Shown here: positions 62,090-64,000 of the stretch, piece after piece
Layout: each line of letters opens with the position of its first letter
How positions within the stretch are numbered: position 1 is the first letter of the stretch
The notes under the pieces: model-generated
What the model was told of the DNA's origin: nothing
Databases searched by the model: none
The model's input: the letters and a program-made list of their open reading frames with translations, nothing else
Made by a program: the position numbers and the translations under genes
Assembly (NCBI GenBank): GCA_900617105.1
Contig: UYFQ01000506.1
Span: forward strand, 186,001 to 250,000
Length of the DNA stretch: 64,000 nucleotides
Direction of reading: 5' to 3'
DNA from: Hydrurus foetidus
Taxonomy: Eukaryota

Positions 62090-63536
62090 ACCCAGTGTTA
62101 CGCAGGCTAGATGGAATAGCGGACACTGTTTCGCCACGCTGTTCTTCGAGAAGCCAGAACAGCAGGTTGTCCAAAAACAGATCGGTTCGGGTCAGTCCCA
62201 GATGGTCCTGCTCGGTGAACAACGACGCTGCGAAAGCGTAGCGGAGACTGGATCCGCGGTGTCCAGGTGGAGGGCGTTCGGTGGTCGAGCAGGGCGCTGG
62301 ACCGGGTGACCGCGCCATCGCCGGGCGCAGAGCTGACCACGGTTAGGCGCTTGCGTTGTGCATCATATCGATAACGCTCTGGCGTGGGCACGGCATCGCC
62401 GGCGACCAGGAAGGGTTCGAAGCCGATCGGTGCTAACTGGGCACTGTCGAGCGCCGTGTGGAACTTCTGGGCCCGTTTAAGACTCACCTCCAGATGGTCA
62501 GGGCCAGATGCCGACGACGATCTGGATCTGAAACTTCTGGAAGTAAGCGTTCGAGCACCGGAGTTTGGTCCGGATCTGCGATGCCCCAGCCCCGGTCAAT
62601 CCAGTCTTTGCTTCAAAAGACGCTGGCCGTCGACCCCTCAATAGCGGGCGACCAGGGTCGTGGAAGCAACTGGTAGACCGAAGGAATGAACCCAGGACCG
62701 AGGGAGGATATCTGGGAGCAACAGGGCGTCCGAAGTCCTGGCCCTCGAGCAGAAGCCGCATCGTTTCGCCGCTGCCTCCATTGGGGGCGCGACCAGAATT
62801 GCGCGATCAACGTGAGCCGCGCCGGCCAGTCCGTTGGGCCGGCTCCGAGTGTATCCAGCGGCTGGCCGCCATAGCGCATGAAGTATCGGAACATAACCGC
62901 CCCCATCGAGTGGGCGACGACGTCAAAGCGGATTGATTCCGGCGCGACGTCGTAACCGTGATATTCTCGATAGCCGTCCGCGACGACTAGCCGCCTTTCA
63001 TCCATGAATTGCTTTAGGGCCAACGCTGTTTCGGCGTTGTCGCGTCGCCAGTCATAAGGAAACTGGAAGCAGCTGATGTGACCCGGGCCATAGTCGAGGC
63101 CCTTGGGGTGCAGGGTTTCATCGCGGTAGCCAGCCGCGCCGAGTGGACAGTATCTGGGCGTACTGCCGAAGTTGAAATGGCACACCCAAGAGTCTTACGC
63201 GGACGCGATCCAGCACGGCGTCTGGACGCAAGTCGGCCAAGTCGGGCCTAACGATTGACGGTGGAATGGAAAGGCCAACCTGCTGACGTTGGCCTTGTCT
63301 GACGAAGTTGGGAGATGCCATCGAATGCCCCCAGACGGTCTCTCGACGCGCCATCGACCAGGCGTGTGCCGAGAATTCCGGGAATGACGATGACCGGGTT
63401 CTGATCAGGAAAGTGCTCTGAGCGGCTCGGTTGTAGAATTTTCAGACGATCACTGCCGGCGCGCGCCGTCGCAGGCAGGCGGCAAGTCCGGCGATAGCCG
63501 TTGCGGACGCAAAAATTGTCGACGCGAGTGGAGCAT
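62090..63536 (-). CDS. Lipase/acyltransferase (LCAT/PGAP1-like alpha/beta hydrolase), probable Tat lipoprotein
   Basis: SRRQF leader, LAAC lipobox, NPVIVIPGILG, FPYDWRRD, VAHSMG, PGDGAV, HLGL. Confidence 0.85.
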
Positions 63537-63825
63537 GGGGATTCTTTGTCTCGCGGCTTTGAGGATCCAAGACTGCTTGGACTGCTTGGACTGCTAGGCG
63601 GGTGGGTCGGGCTTCGCTCCAGTCAACCCAGCATTCGGGCGGTGCTGATCGTCGAACTGCACAATCGGCGTCTGAACGCGCCGTCGCAAGCGCGCCTCTG
63701 CGGAAGACTGAATTGCCATGAGTGGTGGTTCTCAAGTCAGGTCTGCTGCGCCCAAATCCAGGCTTAGCCCACGTTCCTATTGGAGCGGTCACGCCCGATC
63801 GCGGGTCAGTAACGGAATAGCTATC

Positions 63826-64000
63826 ATGCGCCGCATTGTTGTCACGGGCCTTGGTTTGGTCACCCTGGGGGTCGGTGTCGAAACGGTCTGGGAGCGCCTG
63901 CTTGCCGGAGAGTCCGGCCTGCGGCGTCTTGCACCTGGTGGCTCCCGACATTGCTGCCCAGGTCGTGGCGCCCGGTACCCGAGGGCAAGGCTTTGGAGAG
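63826..64000 (+). CDS. fabF: Beta-ketoacyl-ACP synthase II, 5' part
   Basis: [34 protein letters not shown]; truncated by the window. Confidence 0.85.
   Translation, partial: MRRIVVTGLGLVTLGVGVETVWERLLAGESGLRRLAPGGSRHCCPGRGARYPRARLWR

Noticed and set aside
63571..63597. Tandem 9-mer GACTGCTTG x2 plus GACTGCTAG
   Set aside because: Too short, with no spacers or cas genes; not CRISPR, and no function can be supported

Overview
GC-rich alphaproteobacterial DNA (gene content and protein style suggest Caulobacteraceae; inference). Single-base indels break most genes, which looks like long-read error, so many CDS below were stitched by eye across frames and their ends are approximate. Three zones. 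(1) 1-24.2 kb: a compact catabolic island with an MFS transporter, a TonB-dependent receptor, an IclR regulator, two Baeyer-Villiger monooxygenases, several SDRs, an old-yellow-enzyme reductase, an SMP-30 lactonase, two CoA ligases, a paired acyl-CoA dehydrogenase, crotonases and a thioesterase. Essentially every upstream intergenic region carries a 14-bp palindrome ATCRC-N4-GTGAT, and the island encodes two apparent pseudoenzymes. (2) 24.2-57.4 kb: a mosaic cut by IS6-family elements (two near-complete copies, one chimeric element, two remnants). Cargo includes an arsenite methyltransferase, a TetR/aldo-keto reductase/GST block, an orphan serine palmitoyltransferase, a candidate structured RNA, a low-GC DUF6326-like gene and a CcdA/thioredoxin pair. 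(3) 57.4-64 kb: TraB/GumN-like protein, MDR dehydrogenase, a second TonB-dependent receptor, a lipase/acyltransferase and the start of fabF. No rRNA, intact tRNA or CRISPR array was seen.
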